From an uncultured virus (IMG/VR IMGVR_UViG_3300022867_000010) (lineage: Duplodnaviria > Heunggongvirae > Uroviricota > Caudoviricetes): a stretch of 64,000 nt of DNA. Under the pieces are notes generated by a model. The model was not told the origin of the DNA, did not search any database, and saw nothing but the letters and a program-made list of their open reading frames with translations. Positions 29,398 through 39,007 of the stretch are shown piece after piece. Numbering within the stretch: position 1 is the stretch's first letter; each line of letters begins with the position of its first letter. The stretch lies in the IMG/VR virus record IMGVR_UViG_3300022867_000010; one strand, written 5' to 3'. Position numbers and translations under genes: made by a program.

Positions 29398-29769
29398 CTA
29401 TATTGATCTAAGTTTTTTTACGATAGTGGCATCAATCTTATATGTCACCAGCGCATCCTCTGTCAAATAATTCAAGTATATAAGAAACGTTTTTAATGTG
29501 TTCCAATACTCTCGTTTTATTTTAAAGAATGTAAGTTTATGTCCACCTTCGATACCAAACACATTATAGATTATAATCAAGTGATTAAGTATCAAGCGTT
29601 CCTGCAGATCTTCATTGTCGTCTGAATATCTTTTTAATAATCTGTTCAAATATTTAAATCTGTTCAAATCGTCACAAAACTCCTCAACATTGGAACATTG
29701 AGGGTTGTTGTATACATGAGACGCATACATCACAAAATTGTCGCCATTCACGGTATCAAATATATGCAT
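29398..29769 (-). CDS. Conserved T4-like hypothetical protein
   Basis: YNNPQC..EEF.DDL.RFKY...ERLILNHLI. Confidence 0.7.
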   Translation of the reverse strand: MHIFDTVNGDNFVMYASHVYNNPQCSNVEEFCDDLNRFKYLNRLLKRYSDDNEDLQERLILNHLIIIYNVFGIEGGHKLTFFKIKREYWNTLKTFLIYLNYLTEDALVTYKIDATIVKKLRSI

Positions 29770-29783
29770 AATATTTTTTGATC

Positions 29784-30128
29784 TTATCTTAAATTAAATG
29801 GGGTTTTAACACCACCAATCGCTGATTTGCCTTTTTTAGACCCTTTGCTTTTCTTAGTTGTAGTAGGTGATTCTTTTTCTACTTCAATACTAACAACATC
29901 GTCAACTATCACATCGTCAACTATCACATCGTCAACTATCACATCGTCAACTATCACATCGTCAACTATCACACAGGTTTCTTCATGGCCGCCTATCTTG
30001 GCAACACCATTCCATGCTGCACACTGTTCTTCAGTTAACTTTGCGCCTTTTAACTTCTCGCCACGTTTGGTGTAATAACCACTGACCTTGGCAATAGCGT
30101 TTTTGAATTGTCCTCTTTTTCTTTCCAT
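29784..30128 (-). CDS. Hypothetical protein with IVDDV repeats
   Basis: ORF containing a 15-bp tandem repeat. Confidence 0.5.
   Translation of the reverse strand: MERKRGQFKNAIAKVSGYYTKRGEKLKGAKLTEEQCAAWNGVAKIGGHEETCVIVDDVIVDDVIVDDVIVDDVIVDDVVSIEVEKESPTTTKKSKGSKKGKSAIGGVKTPFNLR
29896..29973. repeat. Five copies of the 15-bp unit ACATCGTCAACTATC
   Basis: Read directly from the sequence. Confidence 0.9.
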
Positions 30129-30153
30129 TACATTTCTCGTTTTGTTTATATGT

Positions 30154-30600
30154 TTATTTATCAGACTTAGAAAGAAGTCCTAAAAATTTAGATTCTTTCA
30201 TTTCTGATTTTTCGTCGTCCCCTTTCCAGTTAGCATCAACGTAGTCGTAAAATTTCTTTTCGTCGTCTCCAGATAATTCACCTTGGCTTTTGACACCAAA
30301 CTTCTTTAATGCAGCAGCGAAGAATTTTTTATATGCAGGGCCATCGTTTTTTGTGTCTTTATCTGCCCCTTCATTTTTTGTGTCGTCTTCGTCTTCGTCT
30401 TCTTCGTCGTCCTTTTTGGTAGCAGGACCATTTGCGGCAGGGTCAGCTGTAACCTTTTCTTTGGGTTTTGGCTCGTCTCCATCAGTGTCAACGGGTGTGT
30501 CTTCTTCGTCTTCGACTTCAACTTTAACTTCTGTCTTTGCTTTCGATGCTTCAATCATTGCACGATATACATTGACTAGATCTGATAGTTCTTCTTTCAT
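30154..30600 (-). CDS. Acidic hypothetical protein
   Basis: Low-complexity acidic linker plus YKKFF...LKKFGV...KKFYDYVD..W. Confidence 0.6.
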   Translation of the reverse strand: MKEELSDLVNVYRAMIEASKAKTEVKVEVEDEEDTPVDTDGDEPKPKEKVTADPAANGPATKKDDEEDEDEDDTKNEGADKDTKNDGPAYKKFFAAALKKFGVKSQGELSGDDEKKFYDYVDANWKGDDEKSEMKESKFLGLLSKSDK

Positions 30601-30605
30601 TGTTA

Positions 30606-30884
30606 TTATCCTAATAATGGTAATGCTATGTGAATTGCCGTACCGATGTATATAAAGCCGAGAGCGATGTATATAACGACAAGAGATTTTGTATGTTTTT
30701 GATTTGAATTAGACACAATGTTATTTTCTATGGACTTAATTCTATTATCATGATCATGCACTATATCATTTATAGATGCAATGGTGGTGTTCTGGGATAT
30801 AATAATATCCAAGGATTTTAATAATATTGTCGTATTATTCTCGATTCGATCCAATCGGCCGTCTAAAGACGTTTCTTCTTCCAT
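30606..30884 (-). CDS. Coiled-coil protein with C-terminal TM
   Basis: Composition. Confidence 0.5.
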   Translation of the reverse strand: MEEETSLDGRLDRIENNTTILLKSLDIIISQNTTIASINDIVHDHDNRIKSIENNIVSNSNQKHTKSLVVIYIALGFIYIGTAIHIALPLLG

Positions 30885-30886
30885 TA

Positions 30887-31102
30887 TTATCCAACCTTTA
30901 CGATTTCTTTTGCTTGTTTTTCAGCGTTTCTTTTAGATTCGCCATACTTCACCAACAAAGCTGTCATTGTTTTAATGTCTTTCTTATCAGCAGCATCGTT
31001 AAATGCATCGGCATCCTTTCCGCTATATATCTTAACTAGTGCGTCTTCTTCCAATGTGCCTTCTGTGTGCAAGTCTTCTTTGAATTGAAAATATGATTTC
31101 AT
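30887..31102 (-). CDS. Small protein with capsid-targeting-like N-terminus
   Basis: Starts MKSYFQFKED. Confidence 0.55.
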   Translation of the reverse strand: MKSYFQFKEDLHTEGTLEEDALVKIYSGKDADAFNDAADKKDIKTMTALLVKYGESKRNAEKQAKEIVKVG

Positions 31103-31131
31103 GATAGTCCTTAATGTATATTAGTCTAAAG

Positions 31132-31950
31132 TTATTTGTTTATAATTGCAACGTCTGTTAACCATTTTCGGATTTTCTTGCCATTACTTTCTACGATCAC
31201 GTAGTTAGAACCGGTCACGATTATCAGGCCGACTTGATCCGTATTATCAAGAAGCACGTAGTCTCCTTTCTCAAACAAGTTGCCTTCTATGTAGCTTTCT
31301 CTTGTTTCAGAAACTGATCTTAATTGAATATGCTTTCGGAAAGTATAGGATTCTTTAAGTCCCATGCCTGAACGAACAGCATTGAATAATAATTTACCGT
31401 CTTTGAACGCCTTTGGCAGTCCTTTTTGAAACATTTCAAAATCGTTTGCTTCAGCGGCAGCACGCATCTTAGAGGCGGACATTCCACTTACTTCGTCGCT
31501 GTCAGGATCTCTATCACCAGCAGAAACAACATTCAGTGTCTCGAAGTTATAAAATCCGTGCCGACCTTTTACGCCATTGTACTTATTTATGATTTTATCG
31601 AACTCTGCTACTCTGTCAGAACCAACAACCATGGTTGCCTTAATGTATCCTTTATCAAACAAGAACACCATAACATCGAAGACATTTCGTATTTTCTTAT
31701 CTAAAATGATGTTTCGTGCATGTTTTGGAAACATCTTCCTCATGAACTTTACTTTGGACACGTAGTCCAAAGGATTCTTCTTGGGATCATTAGAAGAAGA
31801 CGCAAATACGAAATAATCCGCTTTACTATTTACAGTTGACAACTTTTTAATAAGTTTTTCGTGCCCAGTTGTAGGTGGGTTAAACCTGCCAAAAGTAAAG
31901 ACTGCTTCGTTCGTCTCTTCTGTGATGTATTGACTAAATGATTTAATCAT
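31132..31950 (-). CDS. HIGH-family nucleotidyltransferase (cytidylyltransferase/NMNAT-like)
   Basis: FGRFNPPTTGH, VVGSDR and MSASKMR motifs; starts MIKSFSQYITEE. Confidence 0.85.
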   Translation of the reverse strand: MIKSFSQYITEETNEAVFTFGRFNPPTTGHEKLIKKLSTVNSKADYFVFASSSNDPKKNPLDYVSKVKFMRKMFPKHARNIILDKKIRNVFDVMVFLFDKGYIKATMVVGSDRVAEFDKIINKYNGVKGRHGFYNFETLNVVSAGDRDPDSDEVSGMSASKMRAAAEANDFEMFQKGLPKAFKDGKLLFNAVRSGMGLKESYTFRKHIQLRSVSETRESYIEGNLFEKGDYVLLDNTDQVGLIIVTGSNYVIVESNGKKIRKWLTDVAIINK

Positions 31951-32347
31951 CTGACAAATCTTCCTTTTTTGTACTACGTTTGCCGCGTTCGGCTTGTTTT
32001 ATTTTCGGCAATAGTTTTTTAGACAATCTACTTATAGCAGCGCTCTTCTTGGCAACCTTCTTTTCTAAGGCACCTCGTGCAGCAAAGGAAAGATCACCCT
32101 TCGACTTATCTTTTAAAATCTTTTTCTCTATTTCTTTTCGAGCATGTTTATTAGCTCGACTTTTCAGTTTTTCAGGAGACGCTATACGATTTGCGGCACG
32201 TTTCTTACCCGCTTTAATTTTGGACTTATTCTTTCTCATTGCGGCCCGCATCTTCATCCGCCCTCGAGCATCTAATGCTTCGTCGAAGTCATCTTCATCT
32301 TCGTCGAAGTCATCTTCATTGTTTACATATTCCTTGAAGGATAACAT
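31943..32347 (-). CDS. Highly basic protein with acidic leader
   Basis: MLSFKEYVNNE, acidic segment, then K/R-rich body. Confidence 0.65.
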   Translation of the reverse strand: MLSFKEYVNNEDDFDEDEDDFDEALDARGRMKMRAAMRKNKSKIKAGKKRAANRIASPEKLKSRANKHARKEIEKKILKDKSKGDLSFAARGALEKKVAKKSAAISRLSKKLLPKIKQAERGKRSTKKEDLSDD

Positions 32348-32433
32348 ATTTGTACCTGTTAGTTATTTGCGCGCTGCAGCGCTTTGTGCCATTGTTGGCA
32401 TATCCATGTTCTTTCTCCGAGCACGCCAGCCTT

Positions 32434-32829
32434 TTATTTATTTGATTCTTCTACAGTGCCTATTTTATCTTGCACCCAAGCAGAGGTGCCGAATTCAGCA
32501 CCTCTCTTTTTTGCCAACGCGATTGCCGCTACTTTAGTCATGTTAGGTTGTATAACTTTATTGTCTTTGTATACAGTGTATTTGTCACCCACTTTGCGAG
32601 CTTCGTCAAGATCAAAAGCAGCATCAACCGCTTTATTACCATGTCTATCACGAAGAATTTGTGAAATTGCACCTCCCTTATCAAAGCCTTGTACGTTTAT
32701 AACTTTATTAGTAGATTGTATAATACCCCGAAGCTCCTTGACAGATTTCTTTTTCAGATCGGCATATTCTTTTTTTACTTTCTCAATACGCCCTTTGTTT
32801 TCAAGAATAAATTCTTTATATGTTTTCAT
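32434..32829 (-). CDS. Putative internal head protein
   Basis: MKTYKEFILE closely matches the T4 internal-protein targeting peptide MKTYQEFIAE. Confidence 0.65.
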   Translation of the reverse strand: MKTYKEFILENKGRIEKVKKEYADLKKKSVKELRGIIQSTNKVINVQGFDKGGAISQILRDRHGNKAVDAAFDLDEARKVGDKYTVYKDNKVIQPNMTKVAAIALAKKRGAEFGTSAWVQDKIGTVEESNK

Positions 32830-32840
32830 TTCTGTACCTA

Positions 32841-34091
32841 TTATCTTGTGGGAGAATCCCATCCTTTGAGTATTTCGTCGCTAAAATTTGCGTAGGAGAA
32901 ACTTAACTGATCGACCAACTTAAAAGCATTACCTTTTGCGTGATCAATCGCTACAAAACCTTCATGACCAGTAACTTCAAATCCATTCTTCGTTCTTAGG
33001 AACGTGGACATATTGTCAATCTTATTCAACTTTCCAACTATGATCAATTTTACATCACCTAATAGATTTTGCAATTCAAAAAGATCGATAAGTTGTTTTT
33101 TGTTACTATCAGAGAAAAACTTCATAAAGTCGTCACGGGCAATGATCTTTCGTTCTTTACCTGCATCCGATTTTAATTTATCTATCTCTTTCTGATATTT
33201 ATTATTTATATATGCAATTAGACCAGTAACATGCTTTTTAGGGTCGGAAGACATTGTTCCGCCGCGGATAAAACTGTTTGCATATGTCTCAATGGTCTGT
33301 GCAAGATTAGGGGTAGTTTCTATTTGTTTTAAAGTTTTGGATGATACTTTCTGAAACAACTTGCCGGCCTGACTCAACTTCTTGTCAATCGAATTAGTTT
33401 CTTTCTTGGTTAACGATACACTGCCACTCAGATTCTTAACGTTAGCATCATCGAACCAAACGTTTTTCGTTTGAGTGAATTGTTTTGCATCAAGTTTAAA
33501 GGATGCATTAAGGTCAGCAAATGTACTACCTTTGTATTCCGTATGAAGCACGATGCCCATCTTGGACCCTTGAATTTTCTTTGCAAGTTTAGAATCTGTT
33601 GGTACTGCATATAAAATTGTGTTTGGGTGAAATGTCAGATAATTCTCGCCATCTATCTTTTGTGTTTTCAAGTCGCTAGCGCTATACATCATATCGCCCT
33701 GAAAGATTCCTTTTGGATTTAACTTTGGAAGTTCTTTGAGCGCAATTTTCATTTTTACATTTAAGTCAGCACTTGATATGTCGGCATCAATGTCAGCGTC
33801 AGTCATATAAAACTTAGGAGTTTTTGCAAATATACCTTTCTTTGCCACGAAGAATTTTCCAGCATCAGGTTCGCCGCTTGGTACTTGACCAAAGAATATG
33901 GCAGGGGCGCCGTCCCATTTCATCGTCACATCTATTTTAGATGTAGATGTTCCAGCCAAGGTGTTTCTTAAATCTCGCAGAGATTCTATTGCTTGTCTTG
34001 TACCTTTAACACCTTTATACAGAACTAGATTCTGTATGTGCTGCATGTGAGCATTAACTTCTTCGGTTACATAAGATTTGAAGGATATCAT
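32841..34091 (-). CDS. Conserved phage protein with ligase-like nucleotidyltransferase motifs
   Basis: KWDG, FQGD, HEGFV and FKLV resemble ligase motifs I, III, IV and V; starts MISFKSYVTEE. Confidence 0.6.
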   Translation of the reverse strand: MISFKSYVTEEVNAHMQHIQNLVLYKGVKGTRQAIESLRDLRNTLAGTSTSKIDVTMKWDGAPAIFFGQVPSGEPDAGKFFVAKKGIFAKTPKFYMTDADIDADISSADLNVKMKIALKELPKLNPKGIFQGDMMYSASDLKTQKIDGENYLTFHPNTILYAVPTDSKLAKKIQGSKMGIVLHTEYKGSTFADLNASFKLDAKQFTQTKNVWFDDANVKNLSGSVSLTKKETNSIDKKLSQAGKLFQKVSSKTLKQIETTPNLAQTIETYANSFIRGGTMSSDPKKHVTGLIAYINNKYQKEIDKLKSDAGKERKIIARDDFMKFFSDSNKKQLIDLFELQNLLGDVKLIIVGKLNKIDNMSTFLRTKNGFEVTGHEGFVAIDHAKGNAFKLVDQLSFSYANFSDEILKGWDSPTR

Positions 34092-35368
34092 GAGGCCTTC
34101 ACATAAGCAGCAGACATTTCGGATTCAGAGGCAGCGTAACCAATCATAGCCGTTATAACTTTTGTTTTCATTGTTTTTGATAATTTATTAAATTGAAAAA
34201 GAAGTTGAGCTCCCATTATCTTGGACATAAAAAATGTTGCGTCCTTTTCGTCTACCTTCTTTTTAAAGTCGGAATACTTGATAGAAGGTTCCCCCAATGT
34301 TGTGTAATAATCGTAAAACTTGCGAAGATTATCTTCTGTTTTTATGCCCAAGGTTTTTTGTGGCATAAATAATGATCGGCCGATATTTTTCATCAAAACG
34401 GCAACAGGTCCGCCTGAAATCTTTCCTTGATTGGCAAACTTACCTTTTATCTCACCTTGCCATGTTGACCCAAATGTTCGGAATTGAATTTCACCACCGT
34501 CATATTGAATGTATACATCGTTAGATTGAAAAAATGATCTCTTTCCTGTCGTGAACTTGGTAAATTGGTATTCTTTTCGTTTCTCCGTAAAGTTCTTCTT
34601 TTCTAAAGAAACCTTACCTTGTGCCTGCTTCAAAGAAACACCAACAAGAATGCCTTCATTTCCTGCATTCAAAATTAAGTTGTTTAATTCTAATATACTT
34701 TGAGTACCTTCAATATCGAGCGCTTCTGCTTTACTTGTTGCCATCCAAATATCAGCAGGGGTCCATTTGTTTAAGTTAGTAAAGAGTTTTTCAATTTTGT
34801 TCAGCTTTTTGAATTGATTGTCTATTCGTGCAATAAAAGCAGAACCTCTATGAAATATATATTTCTTACCTTTATATAAACTTTCTTTGTGAAGTTTCTC
34901 CGCGGTAAGTATACATGAATCTCTCCAAACATCGTCAAGATTATCTACGATATTATTAATTGGCTCGTCAACGTTGACACTATTAGCTGCACCATGTAGG
35001 GATTCGGCACTATATTTGCCGCCTTTATACCATCTGTCTGCTAAATACAGACATTGCGCGGATTCTGTTAATTTTGTAACAGCTGCACCTGCGCCACTAC
35101 CACCGCCTGCTGTTTTTGCGACAATAGTTATCTTGTCGGATAGTTGAGTTTCGCCTACTGAAGATTTGTTCGATATGGGTTGAAAATTGCCGCCAAGTTG
35201 TGTTGCAATGTCTTTCAGTGCTTTAACTCGTTCGGAGTTACTGTCTACCATTATTGCAATAATTCGGCCCTGTACTTTCTTAATTTTAGAATAACCTATA
35301 TCGTTTAATAGTGTTATTACTGAGTCGGTTACAGCATACTCAATTAAGAAGCTTTTAAAACTTTGCAT
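34088..35368 (-). CDS. Putative PD-(D/E)XK-fold nuclease
   Basis: TE...KWTPADIW...VGVSLKQ; starts MQSFKSFLIE; TATAAATA at 35415-35408. Confidence 0.5.
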   Translation of the reverse strand: MQSFKSFLIEYAVTDSVITLLNDIGYSKIKKVQGRIIAIMVDSNSERVKALKDIATQLGGNFQPISNKSSVGETQLSDKITIVAKTAGGGSGAGAAVTKLTESAQCLYLADRWYKGGKYSAESLHGAANSVNVDEPINNIVDNLDDVWRDSCILTAEKLHKESLYKGKKYIFHRGSAFIARIDNQFKKLNKIEKLFTNLNKWTPADIWMATSKAEALDIEGTQSILELNNLILNAGNEGILVGVSLKQAQGKVSLEKKNFTEKRKEYQFTKFTTGKRSFFQSNDVYIQYDGGEIQFRTFGSTWQGEIKGKFANQGKISGGPVAVLMKNIGRSLFMPQKTLGIKTEDNLRKFYDYYTTLGEPSIKYSDFKKKVDEKDATFFMSKIMGAQLLFQFNKLSKTMKTKVITAMIGYAASESEMSAAYVKAS

Positions 35369-35393
35369 TATTCGACATTCCCATACAATATAG

Positions 35394-35906
35394 TTAGTTA
35401 TTAATGTTATTTATAACATCTTTTACCTCGCGACCCGTAGAAACTATAAACTTATTATACAATATTTCTTCCCATTCGTCAGCTTCTATCTCCCAAGGAA
35501 AATTCCAAGGACAGTCGATATAGTCTTGATCGTCGTATACATTAACTTCTTTCCATATACGATAATGTTTATCATTATATCTTTCCTTCAACTCTCCAGA
35601 GGCCATTTGTTTAACATGGACCATTTCATGAAAAAGAGTTAACATCATTGTCTTTTTATCTATATTAGTAACAAGAAGTTGAAATTCTCGAGGCCTGATA
35701 TTAGAATCCATCCATTCAGCACTCCCAAAGTCACCATTTTTGAGCCGACCGATCTCTACATTTATAAAAAGACTACGGTATCTTGGCATCAATACGCGTT
35801 TGGCAAATGAGATACATTCCTGTATTAGCAATCTTTGTTCTTTGTTGCCGCCTTTCACATAAATATGTGTGTTATCTACTCTGGTTAATATATCGTTCTG
35901 ACTCAT
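35394..35906 (-). CDS. HEXXH metallopeptidase-like protein
   Basis: TLFHEMVHVKQ...PWEIEA. Confidence 0.75.
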   Translation of the reverse strand: MSQNDILTRVDNTHIYVKGGNKEQRLLIQECISFAKRVLMPRYRSLFINVEIGRLKNGDFGSAEWMDSNIRPREFQLLVTNIDKKTMMLTLFHEMVHVKQMASGELKERYNDKHYRIWKEVNVYDDQDYIDCPWNFPWEIEADEWEEILYNKFIVSTGREVKDVINNINN

Positions 35907-36112
35907 AGATCTTTTTTAGAGTGCTTAACAAGATCACCAGATTTCGATATTTTGAGATAACCTTCTGCTTCAAGATATTCCATTGTAGTTGAAATGATAG
36001 TATTAGTATGTTTTTCCTGCTGCTTAGCGCTAATGTTTGCGTTTTGCATCAAAAGTGAGAATGCCCAACATCCTAATAGTACTAATATTTCCCAAGATTC
36101 AAATGTATACAT
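35903..36112 (-). CDS. Small hypothetical protein
   Basis: Coupled ORF with N-terminal hydrophobic segment. Confidence 0.5.
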   Translation of the reverse strand: MYTFESWEILVLLGCWAFSLLMQNANISAKQQEKHTNTIISTTMEYLEAEGYLKISKSGDLVKHSKKDL

Positions 36113-36912
36113 TATACATCCATGTCAATATATTTGCTCATTGGGAATAATCTGCTAATCGCAAGAGCAATAGCTTTAGCAAGTTCCATATGTTCTTTTT
36201 GAGTACCGTTGCTCATTCTCAATTCGCAATAATGAATCCAACTTCGTATAGTACCATTTACATATAAACGAGATTTAGTTAAACCTTCAGGCAAAACAAC
36301 TCTTGCTTGTTCCTTTGCAATTCCATGTTCAATCGCCCATTCATAAACATTTTTAGTGTAAGTCATTAGTTCGGCCTGAGCTTTATACCAATATGCGGCA
36401 ACTTCCATGGCGTCAGAGTCTTCAGGATCAAGATTTACAGAGTTCTGCCTATTTTTATTGTCTTGAAAACGACACTCTCGCGGTTCTACAAACATACCTT
36501 CCATGTCAGTAGGATCGGCATATCGTTGACTAAATTCCTGAAAGGAGAATGATCGGTGGCGCAGCAGTTGTCGAGCAATGTCTCTCGTTGTATCGACCTC
36601 AATTGTTGCAGACACCATCTCGAAAGGCGAGAAGTGTTTATGCTTTATAAGATAACGAAGCAATTTATCATTAGTTTCTACGTTCATTTGTCCAGCAGGG
36701 TTTGATACCCGGGCACAATAAGCAATCAATTCTTCAAGGCCTGTTCTTACTTCTTCATCACCGTGGAAGTTAACTTGAGGGGTTACACCTAGGTTTGATA
36801 CCCGGGCACAATAAGCAATCAATTCTTCAAGGCCTGTTCTTACTTCTTCATCACCGTGGAAGTTAACTTGAGTGGTTACACCTACTAATCTTGCGTTCAT
36901 ATTTTTCACCAT
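36112..36912 (-). CDS. thyX: Flavin-dependent thymidylate synthase with a 31-aa duplication
   Basis: HFSPFE, RQLLRHRSFSFQEFSQRY and EQARVVLP motifs. Confidence 0.95.
   Translation of the reverse strand: MVKNMNARLVGVTTQVNFHGDEEVRTGLEELIAYCARVSNLGVTPQVNFHGDEEVRTGLEELIAYCARVSNPAGQMNVETNDKLLRYLIKHKHFSPFEMVSATIEVDTTRDIARQLLRHRSFSFQEFSQRYADPTDMEGMFVEPRECRFQDNKNRQNSVNLDPEDSDAMEVAAYWYKAQAELMTYTKNVYEWAIEHGIAKEQARVVLPEGLTKSRLYVNGTIRSWIHYCELRMSNGTQKEHMELAKAIALAISRLFPMSKYIDMDV
36699..36884. repeat. Two 93-bp tandem copies inside thyX
   Basis: Near-identical units starting at 36699 and 36792. Confidence 0.9.
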
Positions 36913-37139
36913 TTTAAAGAGTTAATGAGATCGTGAGTTAATGCACGAGCTGTTTGAAAACCTACTTTTCCAAAGAGCAGCCGATCTTTGTGTGTAGAAT
37001 TATTGAATCCAAATTCCATAATTGATATAAAAATCTCTCCAATACAAAGCAAAATTGCTAGGACTAATACTACGGGAACTAACACAATCATTATCAAGAC
37101 TCGAATCAACCATTTTACAGTTCTAATTATTTGTTTCAT
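36906..37139 (-). CDS. Small membrane protein
   Basis: Long hydrophobic stretch. Confidence 0.45.
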   Translation of the reverse strand: MKQIIRTVKWLIRVLIMIVLVPVVLVLAILLCIGEIFISIMEFGFNNSTHKDRLLFGKVGFQTARALTHDLINSLKW

Positions 37140-37224
37140 TATTTAATCTTTCCTTATTTTCTTCGTTTAGTAAATCTTGACCATTCTTCGTTAATCCAAC
37201 AAAGGTCTTGATTCATAATATATT

Positions 37225-38613
37225 CTACATCTTAAAGTTTGTAAATTCAGGTTTGTCTCTATTACCAAAACTATTTATGGGTGCGTCAGTTGTCCCTGGA
37301 CTAGTTTCTATCAGACTTTGAGCACCTTCTTCAACATCATACAACTTCATTTTAGGTCTGTCAACACCTATAACAAATCGTTTATAAGTACTCAAATCTG
37401 CATAACGATTCTTAAGTTGTTTAACCATAATCTGATTAAGTTTTTCTAGTTCGTCATTAGTTATTAGTGCGAACATAAAATCAGCCGTGGCGGGTAAACC
37501 CCATGATTCACTTGTGTTTGTAAGATCAACATCTGAATTGTTAGCGCCATCACGATTTGACTGTGTTGCCGTAACGACAGGTAGATTATTTTCCACCGCA
37601 AGTCCTCGCAATTCTTCAGCAATAGATTTTACCAAGGTATAGCTATTAATACTTCCGCCAATTCCTTTCATTCTTGAGGATGAACATATGTTTAGATAAT
37701 CAATAAAGATAATCGTCGGCACGAAGTTCTTCTTCAACTTAAGTTCATCCAACAATGCTCGGAAATGGCCGGCGTGTGCTGCCCCTGTTGGATATTCCTT
37801 GATGATTAACTTACCATTAGTTTTTGCCTGTATTTTGTCAACCTTCGACATATACATATCTGAACTTAGATTAGTAATTTGATCTAGTGGCACATTAAAA
37901 AGATTTGCGTCTATACGCTCCGCAATTCTTTCTTCTGCCATTTCCATAGTAATATATAGTACATTTTTCTGTTGAGCAAGAGATGCCGCGGCCATGTGAC
38001 ACATAAACAAACTCTTACCAACACCTGTGCTTGCAAGTATTACATTCAGAGTTTTGTTTGGAAGACCTCCTTTAGTAATTCTGTTGAAGTAATCTAGATC
38101 AAAAGGAGTTCGAACCTCTTTTTGGTGATAAAAATCATAGCGATCTGAAGCATTTTCGAAATAGTCATGACCTACACTGGCATCAAATGTAACCGCAAGT
38201 GCTCGTTGTAACAAGTCAGGTAATGAGTTTTTGCTAAGATTGTCATGAGTGCCATCAATGATAGTAATTGATTCCATGATTGCAAGATAAATAGCTCGAT
38301 CTTGGCACCACTTTTCTGTATTTTCATATAACCACTCAGGGTTAACATCTTCAACCTTGTCCAACTCATTCAACACAATAAGTGCATCTGAATATTGGTG
38401 TTCAGTTATATCACTATTCTGTAATTCAATAGATATCGCTTCAATATTTGGCAGATTATTATATTTACTAACAAAGGAAACTATTGTTTCGAACACCGAC
38501 CGATGGATTCCTTCAAAGTAATCTTTTTTAAGAAAAGGTATTACTTTTCGAGTAAACGAGTCATTTGCTAATAGATTTCGCAAAATAGTAGTTTGTATAG
38601 ACGCTGTACCCAT
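37225..38613 (-). CDS. 41: Replicative helicase (gp41)
   Basis: ASTGVGKS, ITMEM, IKEYPT, IDYL, TATQSNR and QLKNRY motifs. Confidence 0.95.
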   Translation of the reverse strand: MGTASIQTTILRNLLANDSFTRKVIPFLKKDYFEGIHRSVFETIVSFVSKYNNLPNIEAISIELQNSDITEHQYSDALIVLNELDKVEDVNPEWLYENTEKWCQDRAIYLAIMESITIIDGTHDNLSKNSLPDLLQRALAVTFDASVGHDYFENASDRYDFYHQKEVRTPFDLDYFNRITKGGLPNKTLNVILASTGVGKSLFMCHMAAASLAQQKNVLYITMEMAEERIAERIDANLFNVPLDQITNLSSDMYMSKVDKIQAKTNGKLIIKEYPTGAAHAGHFRALLDELKLKKNFVPTIIFIDYLNICSSSRMKGIGGSINSYTLVKSIAEELRGLAVENNLPVVTATQSNRDGANNSDVDLTNTSESWGLPATADFMFALITNDELEKLNQIMVKQLKNRYADLSTYKRFVIGVDRPKMKLYDVEEGAQSLIETSPGTTDAPINSFGNRDKPEFTNFKM

Positions 38614-38939
38614 TATTCAGAAGGCTCGTCTTTGGTTTTCTCGGCTGGCATTTCACCTATCTTTGCTTCTAATGAATCTGTTATAACATGAGTCAACAAA
38701 TCGCCGATGTAATTCTGAAAATAAGAATCATGTTCTAATGAGGGGTCACCTTCGATCAACTTCCAGTCAAAAGAAACTTTAAGTCCCTCAACATCATTCG
38801 AATCTTCTTCATGAACCTGAACTTGGCCAAACTGAAATTTTGTATCTGTCCACTGGCCGGTAGTCAAATGAATTGTATAATGGTCGTCTTCAGGTCTTTC
38901 GACAAATTTGAAATCGTCGTTTGATATAATATGAGGCAT
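38613..38939 (-). CDS. Hypothetical protein at the gp40 position
   Basis: Synteny uvsX-X-41. Confidence 0.5.
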   Translation of the reverse strand: MPHIISNDDFKFVERPEDDHYTIHLTTGQWTDTKFQFGQVQVHEEDSNDVEGLKVSFDWKLIEGDPSLEHDSYFQNYIGDLLTHVITDSLEAKIGEMPAEKTKDEPSE

Positions 38940-39007
38940 ATAGTTTCCATAATTAAGTTTATAATACATTGTATCATAAAAGGGGTTGTTTGTCAACCCC
39001 CATCAGA

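Noticed and set aside
32363..32440. Frameshift extension of the 32829-32434 ORF (KGWRARRKNM...)
   Set aside because: Plausible one-base slip in an A-rich run, but no homologue or read evidence is available here.
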